Below, piece after piece: positions 56,135-64,000 of a DNA stretch of 64,000 nt. The stretch's first letter is position 1, and each line of letters begins with the position of its first letter. A program made the translations under genes and the position numbers. A model generated the notes under the pieces. The model saw only the letters and a program-made list of their open reading frames with translations, searched no databases and had not been told where the DNA came from. The DNA is from Arcobacteraceae bacterium (GTDB taxonomy: Bacteria; Campylobacterota; Campylobacteria; Campylobacterales; Arcobacteraceae): NCBI GenBank assembly GCA_048268245.1, contig JBLWVX010000007.1, forward strand, positions 32,319 through 96,318, in the 5' to 3' direction.

Positions 56135-57901
56135 TTAAACAATTCCTGGGTTACCTTTTACTCCAACAATATCAGGAGTATCAACTTTTAAGTTTTGGAT
56201 ATGTTTTACATTTTTTAGATATGTTTCAACTGTTTCCCATACTGGCTCACCTGGTGATTTTGCACCAACTGTAGACCATCCAGCAACAGAGTATTTTTTA
56301 TTTGCTTCTAATTTAGCTCCATTTCTAGTAAGTTGGATTTCAGAAATTCTTTCACCCATTTTAGCAGTTGGATTTATTTTATAAGAAATTCCACCTGTTC
56401 TTACCATATCACCACCTTGTTGATAGAATGGATCTTCATTAAATAAGTTATCAGCAACATCTTCTAAAATAAGCTTAATATCTTTTCCTGAGATATCTCT
56501 TCTATAAGTTTCTGGATATGTCATAGCTGTTTGAGTCATTAGATCATCAAAAGTAATAGCTTGACCAGGCATCACAGATGTACCCCATCTAAATCCAGGA
56601 GATAAAGAGATCTCTGCATCTTTTACTTCCATTAAAGCATCACAAATAATTTGATCCCAAGAACCATTAAAATTACCTCTTCTAAATAGAGTTTCATCAG
56701 TAGTTGCAATTTCTCTAGTTAACTCTTTTAAATAAGGTGCTCTTACATCTTCAATGTATTTTTTCATTTGTTTATCTTCAGGAATTAAATCTGAGAAGAT
56801 TGGAAGTAATGTAAATTTAAAGTCTTTGATTTTTCCATTTTGAATATCTAAATCAAGTACATTTAAGAATTTACCATTTGACCCCGCATTACAAACATAA
56901 GTTGTACCTGCTTCATTTTTAACAGGATATGCTTCAGGAACACCATCATGAGTATGTCCACCCATGATAAAATCAATTCCAGTTACAACTTCTGCCATCT
57001 TTTTATCAGTATCATAACCATTATGTGAAAGAACGATTACTGCATCAGGTTTTTCTTCTTCTCTAACCTCATCAACTAACTCTTGCATTCCCTCATCATT
57101 AATTCCAAAAGTCCAATCAGGAATAAATCTTTGAGGATTTGCAATTGTAGTATAAGGGAAAGCTTGACCAATAATAGCTACTCTTGCATTACCCATCTTC
57201 TTAATTGTATAAGGTTTAAATGCATGACCTGTATCTTCATCATAAGCTTCTGCAGTACCTTCAAATAAAGCATCTTCTTTTACTTTTACATTTTGAGCTA
57301 AGAATTCAGCATCTAATAGTTTTACATTTTCAAGTACTTCTTCAGCCTTATATGTAAACTCCCAGTGTCCAACTGCTACATCAACACCAAGTAAGTTCAT
57401 AGCACCAACCATATCCTTACCTCTTGTATATAAAGCTGTTGCACTTCCTTGCCAAGTATCACCACCATCTAATAATAAAGTTTTATCTTCACCAAAAGAT
57501 TTAGATAAAAAATCAACTACAGTTTTAATCTGAGCAAAACCACCTGTTCTACCCATTGCTTTTGCATGCTTTTCAAAGTTTACACAAGAATAAGCATACT
57601 CTAATCTTTTATTACCTTTAATACCATAATAATCAAGAAGTTTTTCACCTACAATATGAGGTGGCTTACCATAGTTACCATGAAAACCTAAGTTAACACT
57701 TGGTTCTCTAAAGTATACAGGTAATAATTGTGCATGTGAATCTGTCATATGCATTAATCTTGCATTACCAAATGGCTTTAACTTGTAGTAATCTTCTAAC
57801 TTGTTTGTATCAGTCATTCTTGTATGAGAGTTAGCAAATACAGGTGCAGCACCTAGCATTGCCATCATATAAACAAACTCTCTTCTACTTAATTTACTCA
57901 T
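56135..57901 (-). CDS. soxB: Thiosulfohydrolase SoxB
   Basis: Tat motif SRREFV; HMTDSHAQL.PVYFREPS, DGGDTWQG, GHWEFT, LSHNG, GGHTHD and DPFYQQGGDMVR motifs. Confidence 0.96.
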   Translation of the reverse strand: MSKLSRREFVYMMAMLGAAPVFANSHTRMTDTNKLEDYYKLKPFGNARLMHMTDSHAQLLPVYFREPSVNLGFHGNYGKPPHIVGEKLLDYYGIKGNKRLEYAYSCVNFEKHAKAMGRTGGFAQIKTVVDFLSKSFGEDKTLLLDGGDTWQGSATALYTRGKDMVGAMNLLGVDVAVGHWEFTYKAEEVLENVKLLDAEFLAQNVKVKEDALFEGTAEAYDEDTGHAFKPYTIKKMGNARVAIIGQAFPYTTIANPQRFIPDWTFGINDEGMQELVDEVREEEKPDAVIVLSHNGYDTDKKMAEVVTGIDFIMGGHTHDGVPEAYPVKNEAGTTYVCNAGSNGKFLNVLDLDIQNGKIKDFKFTLLPIFSDLIPEDKQMKKYIEDVRAPYLKELTREIATTDETLFRRGNFNGSWDQIICDALMEVKDAEISLSPGFRWGTSVMPGQAITFDDLMTQTAMTYPETYRRDISGKDIKLILEDVADNLFNEDPFYQQGGDMVRTGGISYKINPTAKMGERISEIQLTRNGAKLEANKKYSVAGWSTVGAKSPGEPVWETVETYLKNVKHIQNLKVDTPDIVGVKGNPGIV

Positions 57902-57918
57902 AAAATTACCTTTTTATA

Positions 57919-58572
57919 TTATTTTCCAGAACCTACTACTGTAAATCCTAATGATGTCCAAGCTTGCATACCACCTCTGTAGTATTTAATTTTTTCAGCA
58001 GGATATCCCATATTAAGTAGTGAATACTTAACATTTTTCACCATTGCTGGTGTTTGACCACACCAGTAACCATTACAATAAGCAACAATTGTTTTTGCTT
58101 TTGAGAAGTCAAGAGTACCATCTTCTTTTTCAACAACACCCATTTCATCTTCCATCATTTCAATTGCTGTTTCTTTACTATTAAAGTTTGTAAAAGGAAC
58201 ATTTACAGAACCTGGTATTCTTAGTTTTGCATGCCAACCTGGTTTTCTTGAATCCATAATCAAAATTGAGTCATCATTTTGAGCTTTTTTCATATATTCA
58301 ATAAACTCTAATTCACCAAGAGTTTCAACTTTTGGATGTAATTTAATAGGTTGAGGAGCACCTCTATTTGTTGTATTATATAATTCAGAAATTACATTTC
58401 CAGGATTTTGGTTTCTCATAAGTGTAAACTTCTCACCATTTAAACTCATTTCAATTGATTTTACACCCTTTGAAATTGGCACAAATTTAGAAGCTTCACC
58501 TTCAGCAAATGAACCTGTAGTACATAGTGCAGCAACTGCAGTTGCTAGTAATGTTTTTTTTAAAAACTTCAT
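57919..58572 (-). CDS. Periplasmic rhodanese-domain sulfurtransferase
   Basis: ATG at 58572 with GGAGG SD and a signal peptide; MDSR, RIPGSVNVP, YCNGYWCGQ and YYRGGMQAW motifs. Confidence 0.88.
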   Translation of the reverse strand: MKFLKKTLLATAVAALCTTGSFAEGEASKFVPISKGVKSIEMSLNGEKFTLMRNQNPGNVISELYNTTNRGAPQPIKLHPKVETLGELEFIEYMKKAQNDDSILIMDSRKPGWHAKLRIPGSVNVPFTNFNSKETAIEMMEDEMGVVEKEDGTLDFSKAKTIVAYCNGYWCGQTPAMVKNVKYSLLNMGYPAEKIKYYRGGMQAWTSLGFTVVGSGK

Positions 58573-58679
58573 TTTATCCTCCAAATTTTTATTAATTAAT
58601 AATATTTTTTCTTTAGTATGACTAAAAAAAGCCAAGATATAAAATCTTGACTCAAAAAAACACTGTTTTTAACTATTTA

Positions 58680-59114
58680 TTAATATTTATAACCCGCACC
58701 TGGTTGAGCTAACTTCCAAGTTGATTTTGCTTCATGTGCTTGTTGTAAACCTCTAATTGCAAACTTACAAGCTCTATGAGCAGCAAAATTTGTTTCTAAA
58801 ACTGTTTTAGATTTCTTACCTTTAAAAGTTTTAGGATTAACCTCTTTAGCACCTGTTTTTATAGCTTCTTCAACAGCTACAATAATTGCTGAGTTATTAA
58901 CACCTAATCTTCTAAATTCTAATCCCTCTTTTTGAGAAATAGCATTATATTTTTTTGCAGTTGCAATTACATTTTTAATACCATTTTTCTCAACACTACA
59001 AACTTTTTCAATGTCAATTTTTGAAGCCATTTCAGGAGCTGAAGGAGTCTTAGCAAAAGCACTAAGTGCAAATGCAGCTGTTAAAGCTAATGATAAATTT
59101 AATAATCTTTTCAT
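58680..59114 (-). CDS. Small basic periplasmic protein between soxA and the rhodanese gene
   Basis: Signal peptide ending ALSAFA; two Cys; GAAGGG SD. Confidence 0.75.
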   Translation of the reverse strand: MKRLLNLSLALTAAFALSAFAKTPSAPEMASKIDIEKVCSVEKNGIKNVIATAKKYNAISQKEGLEFRRLGVNNSAIIVAVEEAIKTGAKEVNPKTFKGKKSKTVLETNFAAHRACKFAIRGLQQAHEAKSTWKLAQPGAGYKY

Positions 59115-59126
59115 AATAATCCCTTC

Positions 59127-60062
59127 TTACTTTCTAATATCTGGGCCATCAACTGGCATTCCATTTGACATATAAGCCATAAAGTACAATAACTCTTTCA
59201 TAGTCTCAGACTCGTTTCCAGGAGGTACTTGACCTTGATCTTTTATGCATCCAGACATTCTTCTTTCTAAAGTTCCTAAACCATCATTTGAAGGACTTGC
59301 TGCACCCCATTTTAATCTATATACTGGAAAATGAGAAGTTTGACCTAATAACTGTGATAAACTCTCGTTTCTAACTCTCTGACCTGCACCTTGAACGTGA
59401 CAAGTTGCACAAGAAAGTTTTAGATAACCTCTTTGAGAATAGTAGTACTCTTTTCCTCTTTCATAAGCTTCAGCTGCTGCTTCACTAGTAATTTGGATAT
59501 TAACTTTTTTTTCTGCATCTCTTGATTCATTTGCAAAATATGCTTGTAAATGAGCCATTTTACCTTTTGTAGTTTTCCAAGGTTTCTCACCATTATCTTT
59601 AAGACAAGTATTTACAGCTGATGTTAATGAGACTAATTGATCTTTTTTATCATCATAGTATGGATAATCACCCACTACATCAGGATTTGGAAAACAGTTC
59701 TTAAACGATTTTCCATTTGCAAAAGGCTTATTATATAATTCTTCTCCATTCTCTACAAACTCTTCATATGGAGGAAATTCATTTATCTCTTCATACGAAG
59801 CTTGTCCATTTTTAGAAAAAGCATAGTTTCCTTTAGAGAAGTCTTCATGCTTTAGACCACTTATGATATTATTTTTTAATTCATCATCATTTGAATATGG
59901 GAAAAATGTATTTTTATTTCCATAAGGATCTTTGAACTTAGCTTCAAAATAATCAATTAAAGCAAGTCTATCTTTTTCAGCTTGAGCATTAAAATCAGCT
60001 GCATTTAAAGCACATGATGTAAGTGCTACTAACACAGTTGTTTTAGCAATTTTTAATAACAT
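59127..60062 (-). CDS. soxA: SoxA (monohaem cytochrome c, L-cysteine S-thiosulfotransferase)
   Basis: RGYLKLSCATCH, HFPVYRLKW and TLERRMSGC (active-site Cys); C-terminal SNGMPVDGPDIRK. Confidence 0.95.
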   Translation of the reverse strand: MLLKIAKTTVLVALTSCALNAADFNAQAEKDRLALIDYFEAKFKDPYGNKNTFFPYSNDDELKNNIISGLKHEDFSKGNYAFSKNGQASYEEINEFPPYEEFVENGEELYNKPFANGKSFKNCFPNPDVVGDYPYYDDKKDQLVSLTSAVNTCLKDNGEKPWKTTKGKMAHLQAYFANESRDAEKKVNIQITSEAAAEAYERGKEYYYSQRGYLKLSCATCHVQGAGQRVRNESLSQLLGQTSHFPVYRLKWGAASPSNDGLGTLERRMSGCIKDQGQVPPGNESETMKELLYFMAYMSNGMPVDGPDIRK

Positions 60063-60104
60063 AATCTCTCCTTAGGTTTAGCTAGTTACTTTTTATGTAA
60101 CTAA

Positions 60105-60422
60105 CTATTTAATCTTACTTGAATCAGTTCTTGAGTCACCTTTTAAATCTACCCAAGAAATCTCAACTTTATCACCTTTTTTAGCACCAACTGCATCTGC
60201 ATTAAACTTAAATTTTAAATATGGATTTTTAGATAAGAATTGAGAAGTTGAAGCTTCAAATACGATCTTATCATTTACTTTTGCAGTTAAATAAGTGATA
60301 AAATTAGCTTCTTTTTTTGCTCTTTCTGCTTCTTGGTAACTTAACATTGCGTGTTTAGCCATAGCTTTAACAGTTACAACACCTTTTTTTAACTTTGCTT
60401 TAATTCTAGTTTTACCAGCCAT
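60105..60422 (-). CDS. soxZ: Sulfur carrier SoxZ
   Basis: SKNPYLKFKF...GDKVEISWVDLKG. Confidence 0.95.
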   Translation of the reverse strand: MAGKTRIKAKLKKGVVTVKAMAKHAMLSYQEAERAKKEANFITYLTAKVNDKIVFEASTSQFLSKNPYLKFKFNADAVGAKKGDKVEISWVDLKGDSRTDSSKIK

Positions 60423-60486
60423 TTTTATTCCTTTTTTATTTCTTTTTTTCTTTTAATTTTTAATTTTTTTAGTAGTTGGGGTTAAA

Positions 60487-60936
60487 TCAACCTCCACATC
60501 CACCAATTGTTACTTTTACTAATTTTGAATCTGCGAATAATTTTCCATTTTCTTCAACAACTGCTGTTACAGTTCCTGTTTTAGCCATTTTGATTCTGAT
60601 TGAATAATCAATAATTCCACCTTGTGGTACTGTAAATACAGCTACTGCACTCTCTGGATTTGCATCTTGGAATACAGCCACTTTAGAACCAGCTAATTTT
60701 GAAGAAACTGTTACAGGAATAACTGCACCATTTTCAGCAATATCTGGAGCTTTTAATTTTACTTTACCTTTAGTAGTAGCAGACGTACCAAAGATTTCTT
60801 TCATAGCTTCATCAACTTTTGTTGCAGTCCAAGCTTTTGGTTTAGTTTCTCTAAAGTTAACAGCACTTAAAGTTGAAGGTGCCATTGATAATGCTAATGT
60901 TCCTAATCCTAATCCTAAAAAATTTCTTCTATTCAT
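60487..60936 (-). CDS. soxY: Sulfur carrier SoxY
   Basis: Tat motif NRRNFL; APDIAENGAVIPV; C-terminal VKVTIGGCGG swinging arm. Confidence 0.97.
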   Translation of the reverse strand: MNRRNFLGLGLGTLALSMAPSTLSAVNFRETKPKAWTATKVDEAMKEIFGTSATTKGKVKLKAPDIAENGAVIPVTVSSKLAGSKVAVFQDANPESAVAVFTVPQGGIIDYSIRIKMAKTGTVTAVVEENGKLFADSKLVKVTIGGCGG

Positions 60937-60952
60937 AATTTATTCCTTTTCT

Positions 60953-61303
60953 TTATTTAATTGTTTTTAAAAATGCTACAACAGCTTTAATTTCGCTATC
61001 ACTTAACCATCCATTTTTACCAAATGCAGGCATTGCAGAAATTGGGTTTGTTGTATATGGGTCATAAACTTTGTCATATAAAGCCTCATCAGGCCAGTAT
61101 TGTAAAGCTTGAAGTTCTGGTCCCATACTTCCTGGTCCATCAACATTCATGCCTTTTATTCCATGACAGGCAAGACAATTACCTTTATTTTTTGTCATAA
61201 AGATTTCTTTACCTTGTTTTATTAAAGCGTCATTTGCTACTGCACCAGTAAAACAAACTGTACTAAGAGCTGATGCAATTAGTAGTTTTTTAACTATCTT
61301 CAT
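60953..61303 (-). CDS. soxX: Cytochrome c SoxX
   Basis: KGNCLACH, GSMGPEL and NPISAMPAFG motifs. Confidence 0.95.
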   Translation of the reverse strand: MKIVKKLLIASALSTVCFTGAVANDALIKQGKEIFMTKNKGNCLACHGIKGMNVDGPGSMGPELQALQYWPDEALYDKVYDPYTTNPISAMPAFGKNGWLSDSEIKAVVAFLKTIK

Positions 61304-61314
61304 TCCTTACCCCT

Positions 61315-62496
61315 TTATTTACTTGCGTTGATCATATAGTCAACAACTTTTTTGAACTCTTCATCAGATAAATGCATTGCACCACCTTTAGGAGGCATTG
61401 CGTTTATACCTTTGATACTATTATTATACACTGCTTCTTTTCCTTTTGCAAGTACAGAAGCCCATGCTTCTTTATCACCAACAACAGGAGCACCTATTGC
61501 TTTATTTCCATGACAAGCAGCACAAGAAGTTTCATATGCTTGCTTAGATTTTGGATTAGCAACACTACTTTTTTCTTCAGCAACTTTCCATGATCTTTCA
61601 GTAGATGCAGGTGGTTCAAAATCTTTTAACTCATTTTTAATTCTAAGAATAGGAACTTTACCTTTGATACAATCTTTCATACATCTAGTACCAGTTCCAT
61701 AGTTTTTAGGATCACTTAAAAATGCTCTCATATTCTCAACAGCTTGTTTTGGATCTTTAGTATCTACATTTGGATAAAAACCATCTTCATTTGGCATTTT
61801 AATCTTTAAGAACTTTTCTCTATCTAAAACATACTCTTCATCTAATTCTTCACCATCAATTTCAATACCATTTTCCATTAATAAATATGCAGTAATTGCA
61901 TAAACTTCACTATTTGTTAATGATTTTGGATGATTAAATGGCATAGCATCTTTTATATACCAAAAAAGTGTAGTTGCATATGGCCAATATGTACCAATAA
62001 CTTTAGAAGGTCCTTCAGGACTTGGGTTTTCATCTGCTGGGTTTAATAACTGTTTACTTAAAGAAGCTGTTGAAGCTTCACCAATTGATAAAGGAGGATA
62101 ACCTTTTCCACCAGCTCCAAACTCTCCATGACACATAGAACACTGTGCTTCATAAAGTTCATTACCCCATTCTACAGAACCTTCAGCTTTTTTTGGTTTT
62201 CCATTTTCTAATACAGTTTTTCCATGTTTAGTATCGTACATTGGAAGTCCAGTTCCATCAGGCATAACATCAGTATTCCATGCTGCTAATTCATTTTTAG
62301 TAGCAGATCTAAAGTGATTGAACTCTTTTACTTTTTGAGTATTTACATGATAAGATGTGTATTTTCCATCTTTAACTTCATACTTAATAGAACCATCTAC
62401 AAGTTTTTCACTTGCAAGTGATGATGTTAATAATGTAGAAGCAGCAACAAGACCTAATAGAGTTTTTTTAAGCTTTATGTTTTCTAATGTGAACAT
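61315..62496 (-). CDS. soxD: Dihaem cytochrome c SoxD
   Basis: PDGTGLP, CSMCHG, GTYWPYATTLFWYI..AMP; second haem CAACH with MPPKGG. Confidence 0.9.
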   Translation of the reverse strand: MFTLENIKLKKTLLGLVAASTLLTSSLASEKLVDGSIKYEVKDGKYTSYHVNTQKVKEFNHFRSATKNELAAWNTDVMPDGTGLPMYDTKHGKTVLENGKPKKAEGSVEWGNELYEAQCSMCHGEFGAGGKGYPPLSIGEASTASLSKQLLNPADENPSPEGPSKVIGTYWPYATTLFWYIKDAMPFNHPKSLTNSEVYAITAYLLMENGIEIDGEELDEEYVLDREKFLKIKMPNEDGFYPNVDTKDPKQAVENMRAFLSDPKNYGTGTRCMKDCIKGKVPILRIKNELKDFEPPASTERSWKVAEEKSSVANPKSKQAYETSCAACHGNKAIGAPVVGDKEAWASVLAKGKEAVYNNSIKGINAMPPKGGAMHLSDEEFKKVVDYMINASK

Positions 62497-63799
62497 TATT
62501 AACCTCCCCTTTAGAATTAACTTCCCAAGTTACTATACCATTTCTATGGTAGATATTTTCAACACCAACTACAGATGTTTCTTCATCAATTGTAGGCTGT
62601 ACATTTCCTGTATCATCAACTGCTCTACTTGTTAATAATATAGGTTTGCCATCCCATTTATAAATATAACTAAATCTAGTCCATGCTTTTGGTAAAACTA
62701 AACCTTTTAAGCTAGCTTCAACCCAATTATCTCCACCATCAAGTGAAATATCAACATGTTTTATTGTTCCTTGACCAGACCAAGCAATACCTTCAATTTC
62801 TACCATATCACCTTTTTTAAGGTTAGTCCATGGTTTTTCAGGACAAGGAGATGTAATAACTGAGTTTACTTCATTTATCCAGAAGAATTGTATTGCTTTT
62901 CCTGATTTTTGAAGCATTGTATATTTTGAAGTTTCTTCTTTTGCATGCCATGGCTTATCAGAGAATTCTAATCTTCTTAACCATTTTGTATTTAAATTAC
63001 CTTCCCAACCTGGTACTAATAATCTTAAAGGATAACCTTGTTCAGCTCTTAAAGCCTCACCATTTTGACCCCATACAAGCATAGCATCATCTAGTGCTTT
63101 TTCAACAGGAATAGTTCTAGGATTAGTAGCATTATCACTACCCTCTGCTAACATCCATAAGGCGTCTTTTTCTAGACCAATATCTTCAAGAACAGTTTTA
63201 AGCATTACACCTGTCCACTCAGCTTGACTCATCATACCTTTCATGAATTGTAAGTTATTAAATTGAGGTCCTCTCCATCCTGTACTACCATTTGCAGGAC
63301 ACTCAATAAAATAAATTCTACTTTCACTTGGATATTTTTTTATATCATCTAAAGTTAAAACAACTTCTTTTTTAACTTTTCCGTGAATCATCAATCTAAA
63401 CTCTTTAGGATCAATATGTGCAGTACCACCATGATTTCTAGTGAAGAATAAACCATTTGGAACTATAATTCCATCTAACTCATGAAGCGGACACATAGAT
63501 ACAGTTGCGTATTTATCACCTGAAGATAAAAGTTCACTAGTTCTTCTAACAACATTATGTTCATAAGGAGATGGTACTCCATATGGATACTTATCAGTTT
63601 TATCACCAAGCTTTATTCCCCAAGGGGCTTCATTCATAATAGCTGGATCATCTGCTCTTGCTTCAACAGGACCTAAAACACTAGCAGCTGCTATCGCACC
63701 AGCTGAATATGCTGTTTTTCTGAAAAAATCTCTTCTACTTAGTTTCTCTTCAGAAACATCTAATGCTTTTTCAGAATTCTTACTTGCTTTCGTCATCAT
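62468..63799 (-). CDS. soxC: Sulfane dehydrogenase molybdoprotein SoxC
   Basis: Tat motif SRRDFF; FFTRNHGG, FIECPAN, QNGEALRAEQGYPLRL.VPGWEGN and KEETSKYT motifs; overlaps soxD. Confidence 0.93.
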   Translation of the reverse strand: MMTKASKNSEKALDVSEEKLSRRDFFRKTAYSAGAIAAASVLGPVEARADDPAIMNEAPWGIKLGDKTDKYPYGVPSPYEHNVVRRTSELLSSGDKYATVSMCPLHELDGIIVPNGLFFTRNHGGTAHIDPKEFRLMIHGKVKKEVVLTLDDIKKYPSESRIYFIECPANGSTGWRGPQFNNLQFMKGMMSQAEWTGVMLKTVLEDIGLEKDALWMLAEGSDNATNPRTIPVEKALDDAMLVWGQNGEALRAEQGYPLRLLVPGWEGNLNTKWLRRLEFSDKPWHAKEETSKYTMLQKSGKAIQFFWINEVNSVITSPCPEKPWTNLKKGDMVEIEGIAWSGQGTIKHVDISLDGGDNWVEASLKGLVLPKAWTRFSYIYKWDGKPILLTSRAVDDTGNVQPTIDEETSVVGVENIYHRNGIVTWEVNSKGEVNNVHIRKHKA

Positions 63800-63825
63800 T
63801 CCTCCTTATATAATTTGGTATTTTC

Positions 63826-63834
63826 ATTATACCA
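63826..63834 (-). promoter_or_regulatory. Extended -10 sigma70 promoter (TGGTATAAT) of the sox operon
   Basis: Plus strand attatacca at 63826-63834, 26 nt upstream of soxC, which has an AGGAGG SD. Confidence 0.7.
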
Positions 63835-64000
63835 AGACAAACATTCCAATTATAGGTTGACAACTCTTAATTAAAACTAAATATCTAAATATAAAAAAAA
63901 CTTATACATAGATATAACCATTCTATTATTACTATATCATATAGTTATCATAACTAAGATTTATTATAAATTCTATAATAGTATATAAATAGCTGTAAAT

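Noticed and set aside
3502..63084. Short plus-strand ORFs antisense to long genes (e.g. 3502-3972, 27429-27809, 34035-34472, 62357-62635) and the nested minus-strand ORF 19715-19897
   Set aside because: They lie inside well-supported genes, have shadow-like composition and show no motifs or SD; treated as spurious.
1..64000. CRISPR arrays, tRNA/rRNA genes, IS elements and phase-variable G/C tracts
   Set aside because: Intergenic gaps are short, none shows these patterns, and the longest G runs I noticed are about 5 nt.

Overview
AT-rich chromosomal window from a Campylobacterota bacterium, most likely Arcobacteraceae. This is inferred from gene content, gene order and TGnTATAAT promoters, not from a search. 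Four blocks are visible. (1) 1-5.9 kb: a Cache-domain sensor fragment, a small protein, an MFS transporter, a molybdopterin oxidoreductase, a HlyD-type adaptor and BatD, all reading on from flhA. (2) 5.9-39.6 kb: a large flagellar/chemotaxis cluster (flhA flgL fliI flhB fliR fliK flgC fliE flhG flhF flgA flgN flgJ motB motA fliY flaG flgE x2 flgD fliN fliH fliG fliF flgB flgF cheZ cheY, plus divergent flgG). Six unassigned proteins are interleaved: two large TPR proteins resembling PflA and PflB, a TM/coiled-coil/SPOR-like protein and three small proteins. The stator carries PomA-like (Na+-type) residues. (3) 39.6-49.3 kb: housekeeping genes rimM khpA rpsP ffh rluA-family waaA Zn-ribbon nif3 glyQ GT9-like U32. 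(4) 49.4-63.8 kb: a chemoreceptor whose C-terminal EWESF pentapeptide lies behind an in-frame amber codon, a degenerate HD-GYP protein, and a complete soxCDXYZA-(orf)-(rhodanese)-B thiosulfate oxidation cluster with accessory genes. No rRNA, tRNA, CRISPR array or mobile element was seen. All homology statements come from motif recognition and recollection of families; no database searches were run.
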